The notes under the pieces are model-generated. The model searched no databases. It worked only from the letters and a program-made list of their open reading frames with translations, and had not been told where the DNA came from. The position numbers were made by a program, and so were the translations under genes. Shown piece after piece: positions 19,546-28,909 of a stretch of DNA of 52,482 bases. The stretch comes from a virus. Lineage: Duplodnaviria > Caudoviricetes. The DNA lies in IMG/VR virus record IMGVR_UViG_3300005253_000354, positions 1-52,482 of that record, one strand, 5' to 3'. The number at the start of each line of letters is the position of its first letter. Positions within the stretch are counted from its first letter, which is position 1.

Positions 19546-20058
19546 ATGGCATTCCGTCTCCTGGGCAACTGCCCCGAAGTCGAGTTCGACCCGGAAGTCG
19601 AGACGCGCGAGCACTTCACCAGTCAAGAAGGCGTGCAGAAGAAAGACAAGACCGTGCCCCTCAAGACCAGCGGCACGCTGCGCATCGTCATGGACGAGCT
19701 GGTGGCGGACAATCTGGCGCTCGCGATCGGCGGCGTCGTTTCGACCAATACCGCCGGCGAGAAAGAGATCGACATCCTGTCCAACACCGTGATCGCGGCC
19801 AAGGTGCGCGTCGTCGGCACCAACGACGTCGGCCGCAAGATCACCGCCAACTTCAACCGTGTCGAATTCACCCCCTCGTCGGCGTTTAACCTGATCTCCG
19901 AGGAGTTCGCGACGTTCGAGGCGACCGGCGAGGTCCTGGCGGTGGCCGGCAAGTTCGGCATCATCACTTTCGCGGACCCGGGCACCGCCGGCGACACGCC
20001 GCCCGACATCGAGAACTACACCATTCTCAAGGGCGTCGTCTCGATCGAGCTTATCTGA
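19546..20058 (+). CDS. Major tail (tube) protein
   Basis: LGNCPE..EHFTSQEG..KD..DE..NL..VGTNDVG; GAGGA RBS. Confidence 0.8.
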   Translation: MAFRLLGNCPEVEFDPEVETREHFTSQEGVQKKDKTVPLKTSGTLRIVMDELVADNLALAIGGVVSTNTAGEKEIDILSNTVIAAKVRVVGTNDVGRKITANFNRVEFTPSSAFNLISEEFATFEATGEVLAVAGKFGIITFADPGTAGDTPPDIENYTILKGVVSIELI

Positions 20059-20501
20059 TGGTCGGCCTCATAGACATCGCGCCGGCGGTCGAGACGGTCC
20101 CGGTCGGCGATAAGGACGTCGCGGTCTACGGCGTCTCGGTGCACGGCATCGCCGACCTGCTCCGGCGGTTCCCCGAGCTGAGCAAGCTGTTCACGGGGAA
20201 GCTGGACAAGCCCGAGCACCTGATCGATCTGGGCCCCGACATCGTGGTCGCGATCATCGCGGCCGGCACCGGGGCGCCCGGCGACAACGCCGCGGAGGAC
20301 GTGGCGCGGCGCCTCGGGGTCGAGGTGCAGATCGCCTTCCTCGACGCGATCTTGCGCCTGACCATGCCGGGTGGCCTCGGCCCTTTCGCCGAGCGGCTGG
20401 CCCGGCTCGGCGTCTTGTTCGGGGTCGAGGACGACAAACCAGGCGCAGCCCCATCTGGCAAGAAGCGGGCTTCGAGATCGCGGAAGCGGTTGAAGCGCTG
20501 A
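20058..20501 (+). CDS. Tail assembly chaperone (gpG-like)
   Basis: Follows the tube gene; LLRRFPEL..AIIAAGTG..LTMPGGLGPF. Confidence 0.75.
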   Translation: MVGLIDIAPAVETVPVGDKDVAVYGVSVHGIADLLRRFPELSKLFTGKLDKPEHLIDLGPDIVVAIIAAGTGAPGDNAAEDVARRLGVEVQIAFLDAILRLTMPGGLGPFAERLARLGVLFGVEDDKPGAAPSGKKRASRSRKRLKR

Positions 20502-20704
20502 TCGAGATCGGCCACCCGAACGCCGGGGACTACACGCCGCGCCGGGTCCACGCCTTCCTGTTCCTCGCCGACCGCCGGCGCCGGCGCGAGCTGGCCGAAC
20601 GCCTGAACCTCGACGCCATGGCGGCGCGCGGCGACCCGAAGAAACTCAAGAGGCTGGTCAGAGACCTGGCCAAGGACCGGCCACCGGGCGCGGAGGACGG
20701 ATGA
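20468..20704 (+). CDS. gpT-like extension in the -1 frame of the chaperone gene
   Basis: Open -1 frame GFEIAEAVEALIEIGH..YTPRR..AARGDPKK..DG*, with no ATG until 20618. Confidence 0.65.
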   Translation, partial: GFEIAEAVEALIEIGHPNAGDYTPRRVHAFLFLADRRRRRELAERLNLDAMAARGDPKKLKRLVRDLAKDRPPGAEDG

Positions 20705-20716
20705 CCGGAGGTAACG

Positions 20717-20908
20717 ATGATGCATAAGCGACACGAGCGCATACCCGCCGATCGGATCAAAAACCTCCGCCCCTTTGGCCGCGGCTGCGAGTTGCGAATC
20801 ATCGTGGGAAAGAAGCCCATGCCCGAGCTAATCGCAGATGTCCGATCCGCGGCGGCCGACCCGACAGTCAAGGCCATTCTTCTCGACATGGATGTGTCGA
20901 AACCATGA
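20717..20908 (+). CDS. Small hypothetical protein
   Basis: GGAGG RBS; overlaps the next gene (ATGA). Confidence 0.55.
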   Translation: MMHKRHERIPADRIKNLRPFGRGCELRIIVGKKPMPELIADVRSAAADPTVKAILLDMDVSKP

Positions 20909-21573
20909 CCTTCAAAGTTCTCTACCGCGCGGCCAAGGGCGAGTTCGAGGAGGCCATGGCCGAGATGAAACGGCCCATGGCCGAGGCGGCGACGGCCGCT
21001 ATCGAGGAGGCGGGCGCGACGATAAAGGTCGGAGCGCGTGCCGACATCGCGCGCGCCGGCTTCTCCAAGCGGTTCCAGAACGCGCTCCGGGTCGATACCT
21101 TCCCGCGCCGGCCCAAGGTCTCGATCGACGCGGCCGCCTTCATCTTCAGCAAGGTGCCCTACGCCGAGGTCTTCGAGAGCGGGGCGACGATACGCGGCAA
21201 GCCCCGACTGTGGATCCCGCTCGAAGGGACGCCGAAGAAGATCGGGCGCGATCGGATGACCGCCAAACGCTTCGCCCAACGGATCGGCCCCTTGACGTTC
21301 CTCGATCGCGGCGGCCGCCGGCCGCTGCTCGGCGCGCGCGCGGCGCTTACCCGCAGCCAGGCGAACAAGGCGCGGCCCAAGGTCTCGCTCGCGGCGTTGC
21401 GCCGGGGTGCCGATGGCACGGCCACCGGGCGCACGGTCCTGCGCACGGTGCCGCTGTTTCTGGGCGTCAGCTCCATCGTGGTGCCGAAGAAGTTTTCGGT
21501 GCGCAAGATCATCGACAAGGCGGCGGGGCGTCTCGCCGAGATCTACGTCCGGAAGATCGGGAAAGGAATCTGA
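20905..21573 (+). CDS. Basic neck/tail-completion protein (DUF6441-like)
   Basis: AGFSKRFQN..FESGATIRGKPRLWIPL..VPLF. Confidence 0.7.
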   Translation: MTFKVLYRAAKGEFEEAMAEMKRPMAEAATAAIEEAGATIKVGARADIARAGFSKRFQNALRVDTFPRRPKVSIDAAAFIFSKVPYAEVFESGATIRGKPRLWIPLEGTPKKIGRDRMTAKRFAQRIGPLTFLDRGGRRPLLGARAALTRSQANKARPKVSLAALRRGADGTATGRTVLRTVPLFLGVSSIVVPKKFSVRKIIDKAAGRLAEIYVRKIGKGI

Positions 21574-21576
21574 GCC

Positions 21577-23859
21577 ATGGCCAAATCCCGAACCACCCTC
21601 AAGCAGCGCATCGCCCTCGACGGCGGCAAGGACATCGAGGAGGAGCTCGCCAAGATCGGCAAGGTCGGCGAGAAGGCCTTCGCGCTCCTGAAGAAATCCG
21701 CCAAGGAATTCGAGGGCCCGGGCAAGCGCCTGTCGGCCGCGGTCAACCGGCTCAAGAACCGGATGCTTCTATTGCGCGCGGCGGGCAAGCGGGTCGGCGA
21801 TTCCTTCCGCAACATGGCCCGGCGCGGCCGGGCGCTGCGCCAGGGCCTGGTGCGCATCGGGCGCAACCTGGCGCTCGTCGGTGCCGCCGGCCTGGCGGCC
21901 GCGGCGGCGCTCTTCAAATTGGCCAAGTCCGGGGCGGCGGCGGCGGATGCCGCCGGCAAGACCGCGCAGGGCGTGGGCCTGACGGTCACCGAACTGGGCC
22001 GCCTGGTCTTCGCCGCCGAACAGTCGGGGATCTCCCAGGAAAAGTTCCTGAACATACTCACCCGCTTCAACCAGGGGCTCGGCGAGCTGGCGGAGGAGGA
22101 GCGCAAGGCCGGCAAAGCCACCAAGAAGACGGGCGATCTGACGGACCGTGCCCGGGAGGCCTACGATCAGTTCGGGGTCACGGTGCGCGATATGAGCAAG
22201 GAACTCGCCGGCACCGCCAAGGGCTTAATCGATGTCGACGCCACGGGCACCCTGGCCGCGCGCGCGCTGAAAGGTGCCGGCATCACGGCCCTGGACGCTA
22301 CCGGCAACATGAAGCCGCTGGTCGGCCAGATCCTCGAGTTTGCTAACGCCTTCGCTGGCGTGCCCGCCGGGGTCGAGAAGGTGAAATCCCTGATCGACAT
22401 CACCGGGACGCGCAATGCGCGGCTCGCCGCCCCGTTCTTCAACCAGACCGCCGCCGGCATCCGGAACCTGGGCGACGAGGCCGAGAGACTCGGCGTGGTC
22501 TTCTCGGAGAGAGATTTCAAATCCGGCCGCGATACGATCGATGCTTTGAACAGGGCCGTGGTCTCGCTCGTCGGCAGCGGGGTCCTCAAAGGCCTGACCG
22601 ACGAGATCGGCTTGATCTTCAATGAGGATTTGAGCCGTGCCGCGGACGCTTTCACCGCGGCGCTCCGACGCAACCGCGATGCCATCGTAGCGTTTTCCGA
22701 AGGTAAAATTAGGCAGGCGATCTCGCTGGTCGAGGACCTGGTGGCTGCCATCCAGTTCCGCGATGTCGATGTGAGCGAGAGTGGCGCGTTCATTCTCGAG
22801 GCGCGCGACGCCGTGATCGCCTTCGCCCAGGACGTTAAGGCCGCCTTCGACGATGTCATCGTGCCGGCGTTCGAGGCGCTGGTCGAGGCCGCCGACTTCG
22901 TCGCCGGGGCGCTGAACGATGTTTTCGGGACCGATCTCACCGGCCGGCAACTCCTGATCGCCGCCGTGGTCGCGCAACTGCTCGGCATCTTTACCGCGCT
23001 CGCGTCCGTGGTCGGCCTGGTGGCCGCGGGTTTCGTGGCGTTCGCCGCCGTCGGCAGCTTGGTCGTTAACGCAATCGGCGTCATTGCCGCCGCCGCCGGC
23101 GTGCTCTCCGCGGCACTGCTCGCCATCGGCGCCATCCCCGCGCTCATCGTCGCCGGGCTGGCGGCGGCCGTCGTTGCGATCGTCGTCTTCTGGGACGACA
23201 TCACGGCCGCTGCCCAAGCCGCCTGGACCTTCATCACCGGGCTCTGGGGCGATCTGGCCGACGTCCTGGGCGGCTTCGCCGACGCCGCGGCCGAGCGCCT
23301 GGTAGCTGCGTTCCGCGGCGCCGTGGCGACCATCAAAAGCCTCCTGAGCAGTCTGATTTCCTTGGCAAGGCGCGCCTTCAAGGCCGCCAGGGAGGCGCTC
23401 GGCCTCTCGGGCGGCGGCAGCGCGTCGGGCGCCGGGGTGCCGGTCCTGGCCGGCGGCGGCGCGGTGCGCGGGCCGGGCACGCCGACCTCGGACTCGATCC
23501 TGGCGCGGCTGTCCGATAAGGAGTTCGTCATCCAGGCCCGGGCGGTGCGGCACTACGGCGCCAACCTCTTCGCGGCCCTCAACTCCATGCGCCTGCCCAA
23601 GTTCTCCGGCGGCGGCTTGGCGGAGGGCATCGCCCGATCGCTCACTTTGCCGCTCATGCCGATCCCCGTCTTCGCGGCCGGCGGCCCCGTCAACGTGCCG
23701 GCGCTGGCCCCGGCGGGCAAGGCCGGGACTCCGTTCACCATCGTCCTCGATGGCCAGAGCTTCCCGGCGCGGGCCGACCAGGAGGTCGCCGAGGCGCTCG
23801 GCCGCGTTGCCTTGAGCCAGGCGCGCGCCAGCGCCGGCCGGCCACCCAGGAGGCTGTGA
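21577..23859 (+). CDS. Tape measure protein
   Basis: Long Ala-rich helical protein with hydrophobic stretch and AGGGAVRGPGTPTSDSILARLSDKEFV motif. Confidence 0.92.
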   Translation: MAKSRTTLKQRIALDGGKDIEEELAKIGKVGEKAFALLKKSAKEFEGPGKRLSAAVNRLKNRMLLLRAAGKRVGDSFRNMARRGRALRQGLVRIGRNLALVGAAGLAAAAALFKLAKSGAAAADAAGKTAQGVGLTVTELGRLVFAAEQSGISQEKFLNILTRFNQGLGELAEEERKAGKATKKTGDLTDRAREAYDQFGVTVRDMSKELAGTAKGLIDVDATGTLAARALKGAGITALDATGNMKPLVGQILEFANAFAGVPAGVEKVKSLIDITGTRNARLAAPFFNQTAAGIRNLGDEAERLGVVFSERDFKSGRDTIDALNRAVVSLVGSGVLKGLTDEIGLIFNEDLSRAADAFTAALRRNRDAIVAFSEGKIRQAISLVEDLVAAIQFRDVDVSESGAFILEARDAVIAFAQDVKAAFDDVIVPAFEALVEAADFVAGALNDVFGTDLTGRQLLIAAVVAQLLGIFTALASVVGLVAAGFVAFAAVGSLVVNAIGVIAAAAGVLSAALLAIGAIPALIVAGLAAAVVAIVVFWDDITAAAQAAWTFITGLWGDLADVLGGFADAAAERLVAAFRGAVATIKSLLSSLISLARRAFKAAREALGLSGGGSASGAGVPVLAGGGAVRGPGTPTSDSILARLSDKEFVIQARAVRHYGANLFAALNSMRLPKFSGGGLAEGIARSLTLPLMPIPVFAAGGPVNVPALAPAGKAGTPFTIVLDGQSFPARADQEVAEALGRVALSQARASAGRPPRRL

Positions 23860-23863
23860 GCCC

Positions 23864-24289
23864 GTGTCGGATACCGATCTCGTCCTGACCGGCATCGGCA
23901 TACCCGACTTCTCGGCGCGGGGCCTGCGCGAGAACCTGCGCCCGATCGACGGCGGCAGCCTGCGGCGCACGGTCAACGGCGCCCTGGTCGACGTGACCGA
24001 GTCCTCGTTCCGGAAATATGCGCTCGCGATCACCGGCTCGGACCAGGAACCGCCGGCCTTCGATTCCATCTGGCGCGGCCAGTCGGTCACGGTCGATGCC
24101 CTGACCAAGCTGTCCTATCCGACCAGTGGCGGCTCCCCGGGCCGGACCGTGGTGCCCGGCTCGAGCGTGGTCAACGGCAGCTTCACGGTCTATCGGCCGC
24201 GGCTCACCATGCTGGTGGTCGACTGGACCCTCGAGCGCGACGAATGGGGCGCCGTGATCGGCTGGTCGCTGGACTTGGAGGAGGTCTGA
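23864..24289 (+). CDS. Distal tail protein-like
   Basis: Directly after the tape measure gene; SARG..LRRTVNG..FRKY..YRPRL..WSLDLEEV. Confidence 0.6.
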   Translation: MSDTDLVLTGIGIPDFSARGLRENLRPIDGGSLRRTVNGALVDVTESSFRKYALAITGSDQEPPAFDSIWRGQSVTVDALTKLSYPTSGGSPGRTVVPGSSVVNGSFTVYRPRLTMLVVDWTLERDEWGAVIGWSLDLEEV

Positions 24290-24585
24290 TGCCCCTGCCG
24301 ATCTTCATCGACATCGACGGCACGCTGACGGATTCCCCCCATAAGGGGGGCTCGGGCCTGCCCGAACGCATCGCAGCCGTCGAGGCCTTGATCGCGCGCG
24401 GCCGGGAGGTGGTGCTCTGGTCCGCGTGCGGCACTGACTACGTCCGGGACTTCGCGAAGAAATACGGGCTGCGCCCGATCGCGTGTATCGGCAAGCCTGA
24501 TAAGGCGGTCGACGACCGCCCGACCATCCGGCCGGCCGGAAGCATGCCAGTGGTGTGCCCCGAGGACTTCTTCGACTGCGCCTAA
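24289..24585 (+). CDS. Minimal HAD-superfamily phosphatase
   Basis: IFIDIDGTL (motif I), LWSA (II), GKP (III), VDD (IV). Confidence 0.75.
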   Translation: MPLPIFIDIDGTLTDSPHKGGSGLPERIAAVEALIARGREVVLWSACGTDYVRDFAKKYGLRPIACIGKPDKAVDDRPTIRPAGSMPVVCPEDFFDCA

Positions 24586-24605
24586 CCGTCGAGGGTGATG
24601 AACAA

Positions 24606-24770
24606 ATGTTTATTGCTTTTCCACCATCCGCGCCGCCGTGGCGTCGGCTTGAAGTGATGACGATCTTGTTCCCGGAGCGCAGAAAATGGGGATGGGTCTT
24701 TCATGAGAGCGAGCGCTGGCTTTGTCTTGGGCGGCTTGAAATCCACTTGCCGATTTTCGAGCGGTTCTAG
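24606..24770 (+). CDS. Small hypothetical protein
   Basis: GAGGG RBS, lower GC, fills the gap. Confidence 0.4.
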   Translation: MFIAFPPSAPPWRRLEVMTILFPERRKWGWVFHESERWLCLGRLEIHLPIFERF

Positions 24771-24775
24771 GAGAT

Positions 24776-26554
24776 ATGACCCTCTACTTCGCCTGGGTCG
24801 ATGCCTCGGAGACCACTTTCGGGGTCGAGCACGAGGTCGAAGACGAGCAGGTCTTCCGCCTGACCATACGGCACGAGGAGGGCGAGTTCGCCAAGGCCGA
24901 GGTCGAGATCGCCAACCCGCGCGTCGGCCTCCTTGGAGCCGGGCGCAAGCGTTGGGCCTGGATATCCTTCGACACCGCAGCGACGCCGGGGGTGGTGCCG
25001 CTGTTCTTCGGCCGCCTGCTCGGCCTGCCGCAGCGATTGGCGGGCGAGACGGTGACGTTGGAATTCCTGGCCCGACCGGCCGACTTCGACGCTAGGAAGG
25101 ACGCGGCCGCGGCGGCGCTCAAGGTCGCGCCATTCTGGGATCCGGTCTGGATCGAGCCGGAGCGCCGCGACGATCCCGATGCGGTGCTGGAAGCGCGGGC
25201 CGCGCGCTGGCACATCGACCGCACGACCCACGCGGTCACCGCCTCGGACGTCAACGCCGGCGAGGACGGCACCCTCGACTTCGGCGCGCCGGGCGACGCG
25301 ACGGTGTTCTATTCCTCGCTCGAGGCGGCGCCCCTGCAACCCCCGGCGCGCCGGATCCGGGTCGAGGCCGAGGTGCTCTGGGACCAGGCCGGTGCCGGTT
25401 CCGTGGATTTACGTCAAAGCCTGATCGCCGCCTTCGTCGCCGCCGGCACCTCGGCCGGCCACGTCATCACGAGCTACACCGGCGAGGGCCTGGAGGGCGA
25501 CTGGCCCGATCCGGGCGCCCGCATCGGCGCCGGCTGGCGGGTCGGCGCATCCAAGGTCCTGCGCGGCGAAGGCGTCTGGATCAACCAGATATTCCAGCCG
25601 GTGACCATGGGACGCTCGCTCGTGAAGTTCCCTTTGTGGACCTTCGCGCCGACCTTCACCGTCGAATTCGAGGCCGAGCGCTCGCGCTCCGAACGCGTGG
25701 TCTTCGAGCTCGAGGCCGACACCCAGGAGATGCTGACCGACGTCGGCGATGCCGAGGTCCTCGCGCTCGATCTCAGCTCCTTCGAGATTGCCGAGGCGAT
25801 CGACGATCAGGGCAGCGCCGGCTTTACCACGCCGATCGGCGATGTCCGCCGCAACAGCTACTTCGTGACGGATCGGGGCAAGCAAAGCCTGGAACATCTG
25901 ATCGCGCGCGCCCGGGCCGAGCTGCTGGAGCGGGCGCGGGCGGTCGAGATCGGGTTCGAGACGACCTGGGCAGAGGCGCTCGACCTCTCGTGCCGGCTGA
26001 GCGCCCGCGTCGTCGATGCCCGCCTGCCCGGCGGCGAGGCGACCGGCAAGGTGGTCTCCTACGTTCTCGGCATCGAGGGCGACAGCGGGCAGTTTTCCGC
26101 CGAGGTCACCATCGCCTGCACCGTGGGTCAGGGGACCAGCGTCTCGGCGGCGGCGGGGTCGCCGGACTATGTCGAGGACGGTTACGTCGAGGACGGCTAT
26201 CAGACCCGGAGCGGCGCCATCGTCTTGGCGGTCGCGGGGGAGGTCGGCTACACCGATTACGACGATCAGGGGCCGCCCAATGACGGTGCCGCCGACGATG
26301 GCGTGGACCTCCTGCGCATGACGCCGGCGCGCTCGATCCTCAGCTTGCAGGTCTTCGACGGCCAGGACGCCCAGGAGGCGGTCCTGGACCAGGGCTTCAC
26401 CTCGCTCGCGGTCGCCATCGAGGCGCTCAACGAGGCCTTCACCGAGGTTGACCTGTCCCTGGTGCCGCTCGATGGCGGGCCGTTCGCGCACACGATCGAC
26501 GTCACGGTGACCGGGCTGGCGGTGCCCAAGACCATCGACCTGGAGGCGACGTGA
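24776..26554 (+). CDS. Tail tip/hub protein
   Basis: YFAWVD..EGEFA..NPRVGLL..PLFFGRL; large gene in the tail-tip position. Confidence 0.7.
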   Translation: MTLYFAWVDASETTFGVEHEVEDEQVFRLTIRHEEGEFAKAEVEIANPRVGLLGAGRKRWAWISFDTAATPGVVPLFFGRLLGLPQRLAGETVTLEFLARPADFDARKDAAAAALKVAPFWDPVWIEPERRDDPDAVLEARAARWHIDRTTHAVTASDVNAGEDGTLDFGAPGDATVFYSSLEAAPLQPPARRIRVEAEVLWDQAGAGSVDLRQSLIAAFVAAGTSAGHVITSYTGEGLEGDWPDPGARIGAGWRVGASKVLRGEGVWINQIFQPVTMGRSLVKFPLWTFAPTFTVEFEAERSRSERVVFELEADTQEMLTDVGDAEVLALDLSSFEIAEAIDDQGSAGFTTPIGDVRRNSYFVTDRGKQSLEHLIARARAELLERARAVEIGFETTWAEALDLSCRLSARVVDARLPGGEATGKVVSYVLGIEGDSGQFSAEVTIACTVGQGTSVSAAAGSPDYVEDGYVEDGYQTRSGAIVLAVAGEVGYTDYDDQGPPNDGAADDGVDLLRMTPARSILSLQVFDGQDAQEAVLDQGFTSLAVAIEALNEAFTEVDLSLVPLDGGPFAHTIDVTVTGLAVPKTIDLEAT

Positions 26555-26931
26555 CCTTCACCGTCAAGCGCGCCTTCATCTTGAGCGGCTTCTTCGGGAG
26601 GCAGGCGGCGCTGGTGCGGCGCATCCCGCGGCGCCGGCCGCCGGGCGCGAGCGGCGAGGCGTTGCTGCGCTGGGGCAAGCCTAGCGCGTTTCAGTTCACC
26701 AGCGGCGGCGGTTTCACGCAACCGACCATCAACATCCTGCCGTCGGGCGACGAGGCCGAGGCGGACGATGCGGCGCTCGGCCTGATCTTCACCGAGACCG
26801 GGCGCCTGACCACGATCGTGCGGGTCAGCAATCCGCTCGACGCCAACGACTTCGTCGACGTGGAGCGCATCGACCGGATCTCCTTCCAAGGCCCGGACGG
26901 CGTGATCCGGACCTTCGTACTCAATAACTGA
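26551..26931 (+). CDS. Tail-associated hypothetical protein
   Basis: Coupled to the hub gene; VRVSNP..VDVERID. Confidence 0.6.
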   Translation: MTFTVKRAFILSGFFGRQAALVRRIPRRRPPGASGEALLRWGKPSAFQFTSGGGFTQPTINILPSGDEAEADDAALGLIFTETGRLTTIVRVSNPLDANDFVDVERIDRISFQGPDGVIRTFVLNN

Positions 26932-26935
26932 ACAG

Positions 26936-27676
26936 ATGCCTGTCCGCCTCGATCCCTGGCAGAACATCGTCAACGTGTCGTGGAGCGCGGCCCCTCCCCC
27001 ACCGCCGCCGCCTACTCAAAGACCCGCGATCGCCGGTGGCACCTGTACGGAGTCCAACGTAGCCCTCCCCCTGGACCTGGATTTCACCTGGGGGTCCGTC
27101 CAAGGCTTTCCGGCCATAATCGGCGACATGCTTCTGGCCCATGTCTCGGCCGGCGGGGTGACCACGATCTCGCCGCCGGCGGGTTGGAACGAGCTCTTCC
27201 ATACGACCTTCAGCCCGTTTTATACGCAAAGCGCCTTCTACCGATTCAAGGAGGCCGGCGATCCCGACCTATGGACCTTCACGCAAAGCTCGGACAAGGG
27301 GATGGCCGGATGCGCGTCCGCCGTCAGACGGGCCGCCGCCAGTCCAATAGCTGCGCTGACGATCAACCACATCCCGGTGGGCGAGTTCCCCGACTCCCTG
27401 CCGATGTTCATCCAACCGGAATTGCCTCTGATCCTCGGTTTCGTGGACACCAACAACAAATTCTTCCTCCAGCAAAATTACCCCGAACCGCCGAATCCGG
27501 TGTGGTTCAAGCGCTACCGATTCAGGTCCGACGGCACATTCGATCACGGCATGATGCTGTTTAACGCCTCCGAGGGGGTTTTCACCGGACCGGGAACCTT
27601 GCCGGCCACGCGGTTTTCGCCGTTCACCGGCAATTCGGAGATCGTAACCGTCGTGGCAATCGCGCCGGCACCATAA
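26936..27676 (+). CDS. Putative tail fibre/receptor-binding protein
   Basis: RLDPWQNIVNVSW anchor, poly-Pro linker, GDMLLAH..PAGW beta domain. Confidence 0.55.
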   Translation: MPVRLDPWQNIVNVSWSAAPPPPPPPTQRPAIAGGTCTESNVALPLDLDFTWGSVQGFPAIIGDMLLAHVSAGGVTTISPPAGWNELFHTTFSPFYTQSAFYRFKEAGDPDLWTFTQSSDKGMAGCASAVRRAAASPIAALTINHIPVGEFPDSLPMFIQPELPLILGFVDTNNKFFLQQNYPEPPNPVWFKRYRFRSDGTFDHGMMLFNASEGVFTGPGTLPATRFSPFTGNSEIVTVVAIAPAP

Positions 27677-27694
27677 CCAGGAGCTCATTCGGAC

Positions 27695-28900
27695 ATGGGA
27701 CACACCTCCGGCCTCATCTTCCGCACCGCCGGTTCCTGGGGTCCGGGCAAGGGCTCGAACCTCATACCCGCCGAGATCGACCAGAACTTCGACAATGTGG
27801 ACGAGCGGCTCGATACCCTGGAGACCAACCCGCCGACGCCGGTGGAGATCTCCTCGATCTCGGTCACGGGCGCCTCGATGACCGTCAACATGGCCGACGG
27901 CAGCAAGTTCGGTCCGTTCACCCTGCCGACCGCCGCCTTCGTCTTCCGCGGCGACTGGGCGCCGCTCACGCAGTATTTCGAGAACGATGTCTTTTTCGAA
28001 CCGGGCGACGGCATCTTCTTAGTTCTCACCGACTTCGAATCGGCCACCGCCTTCGATCCCGGCGGCGCCGAGATCGCCAAGTTGCTGCCCGACGCCGCCC
28101 GCTGGTTCACCGGCTCGGGCGTGCCGTCCTCCTCTCTCGGGAATGAAAACGACCTGTATCTCGACACCGCCAACGGCGATGTCTACGAGAACCAGGGCAC
28201 GCCCGGCTGGGCGCAGATCGCCAACCTCACGGGCCCCACGGGTCCGGCCCCGGCCACCCTCGACGATGTCGGCGATGTCGACTATGGCACCCCGGGCCCG
28301 GCTGACGGCGACGTGCTGGTGCGGCGCGGCGGCGGCTGGGTGCCCGAGGCAGGCGTCGGCCGCCAAACGATCTGGATGCCAGCCGCGGCCCTGCAGCCGA
28401 CGGTGACTGCGGGCGCCGGCGACCATATCACTCAGGGCGGGCTGACGACGGTTGAGCTTACGGCCGGTCGCCCGAACATCACATACCTGCCCTTCGAGAC
28501 AGCCACCAAACAGAACGCGCAATTTTCGATCTCCATGCCGAAGTCGTGGGACCTTGGAACCTTCACCTACGAGGCAATGTATTCCCACGCGGGCGGCCAA
28601 ACAGGGGGCCTCGATGGCGTCGCCTGGGGCTTGAGCGGGGTGGCGGTTGGGGACGGCGAGACGGTCGACGTTGTATTTGGCACCGAGGTCGTTGTGACCA
28701 AAGACGCGAGCGCGGCTGATTCCGAGCACAAAACAGCGGAGAGCGCAGCGGTCACGGCGGCAGGGGCAATCGCCGCCGGCGACACCGTCTATTTCAACCT
28801 TGCTCGCGTGGTCGCGGACGCCGCGGACGATTTGGACGTCGACGCGCGAATGCACGGGATCAAGCTGTTCTATTCCACCAACGCGCTCACAGATGATTAA
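27695..28900 (+). CDS. Tail fibre-like protein
   Basis: WGPGKG..EIDQNF, FRGDWAP, GxP..LGNENDLYLDT..GDVY, LDDVGDVD..DGDVL. Confidence 0.7.
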   Translation: MGHTSGLIFRTAGSWGPGKGSNLIPAEIDQNFDNVDERLDTLETNPPTPVEISSISVTGASMTVNMADGSKFGPFTLPTAAFVFRGDWAPLTQYFENDVFFEPGDGIFLVLTDFESATAFDPGGAEIAKLLPDAARWFTGSGVPSSSLGNENDLYLDTANGDVYENQGTPGWAQIANLTGPTGPAPATLDDVGDVDYGTPGPADGDVLVRRGGGWVPEAGVGRQTIWMPAAALQPTVTAGAGDHITQGGLTTVELTAGRPNITYLPFETATKQNAQFSISMPKSWDLGTFTYEAMYSHAGGQTGGLDGVAWGLSGVAVGDGETVDVVFGTEVVVTKDASAADSEHKTAESAAVTAAGAIAAGDTVYFNLARVVADAADDLDVDARMHGIKLFYSTNALTDD

Positions 28901-28909
28901 GAGACCGGC

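Noticed and set aside
472-26491. Long antisense and off-frame ORFs (e.g. 472-1872, 1439-3145, 9992-11506, 22225-24108)
   Set aside because: Shadow ORFs of high-GC coding strands with no recognisable motifs
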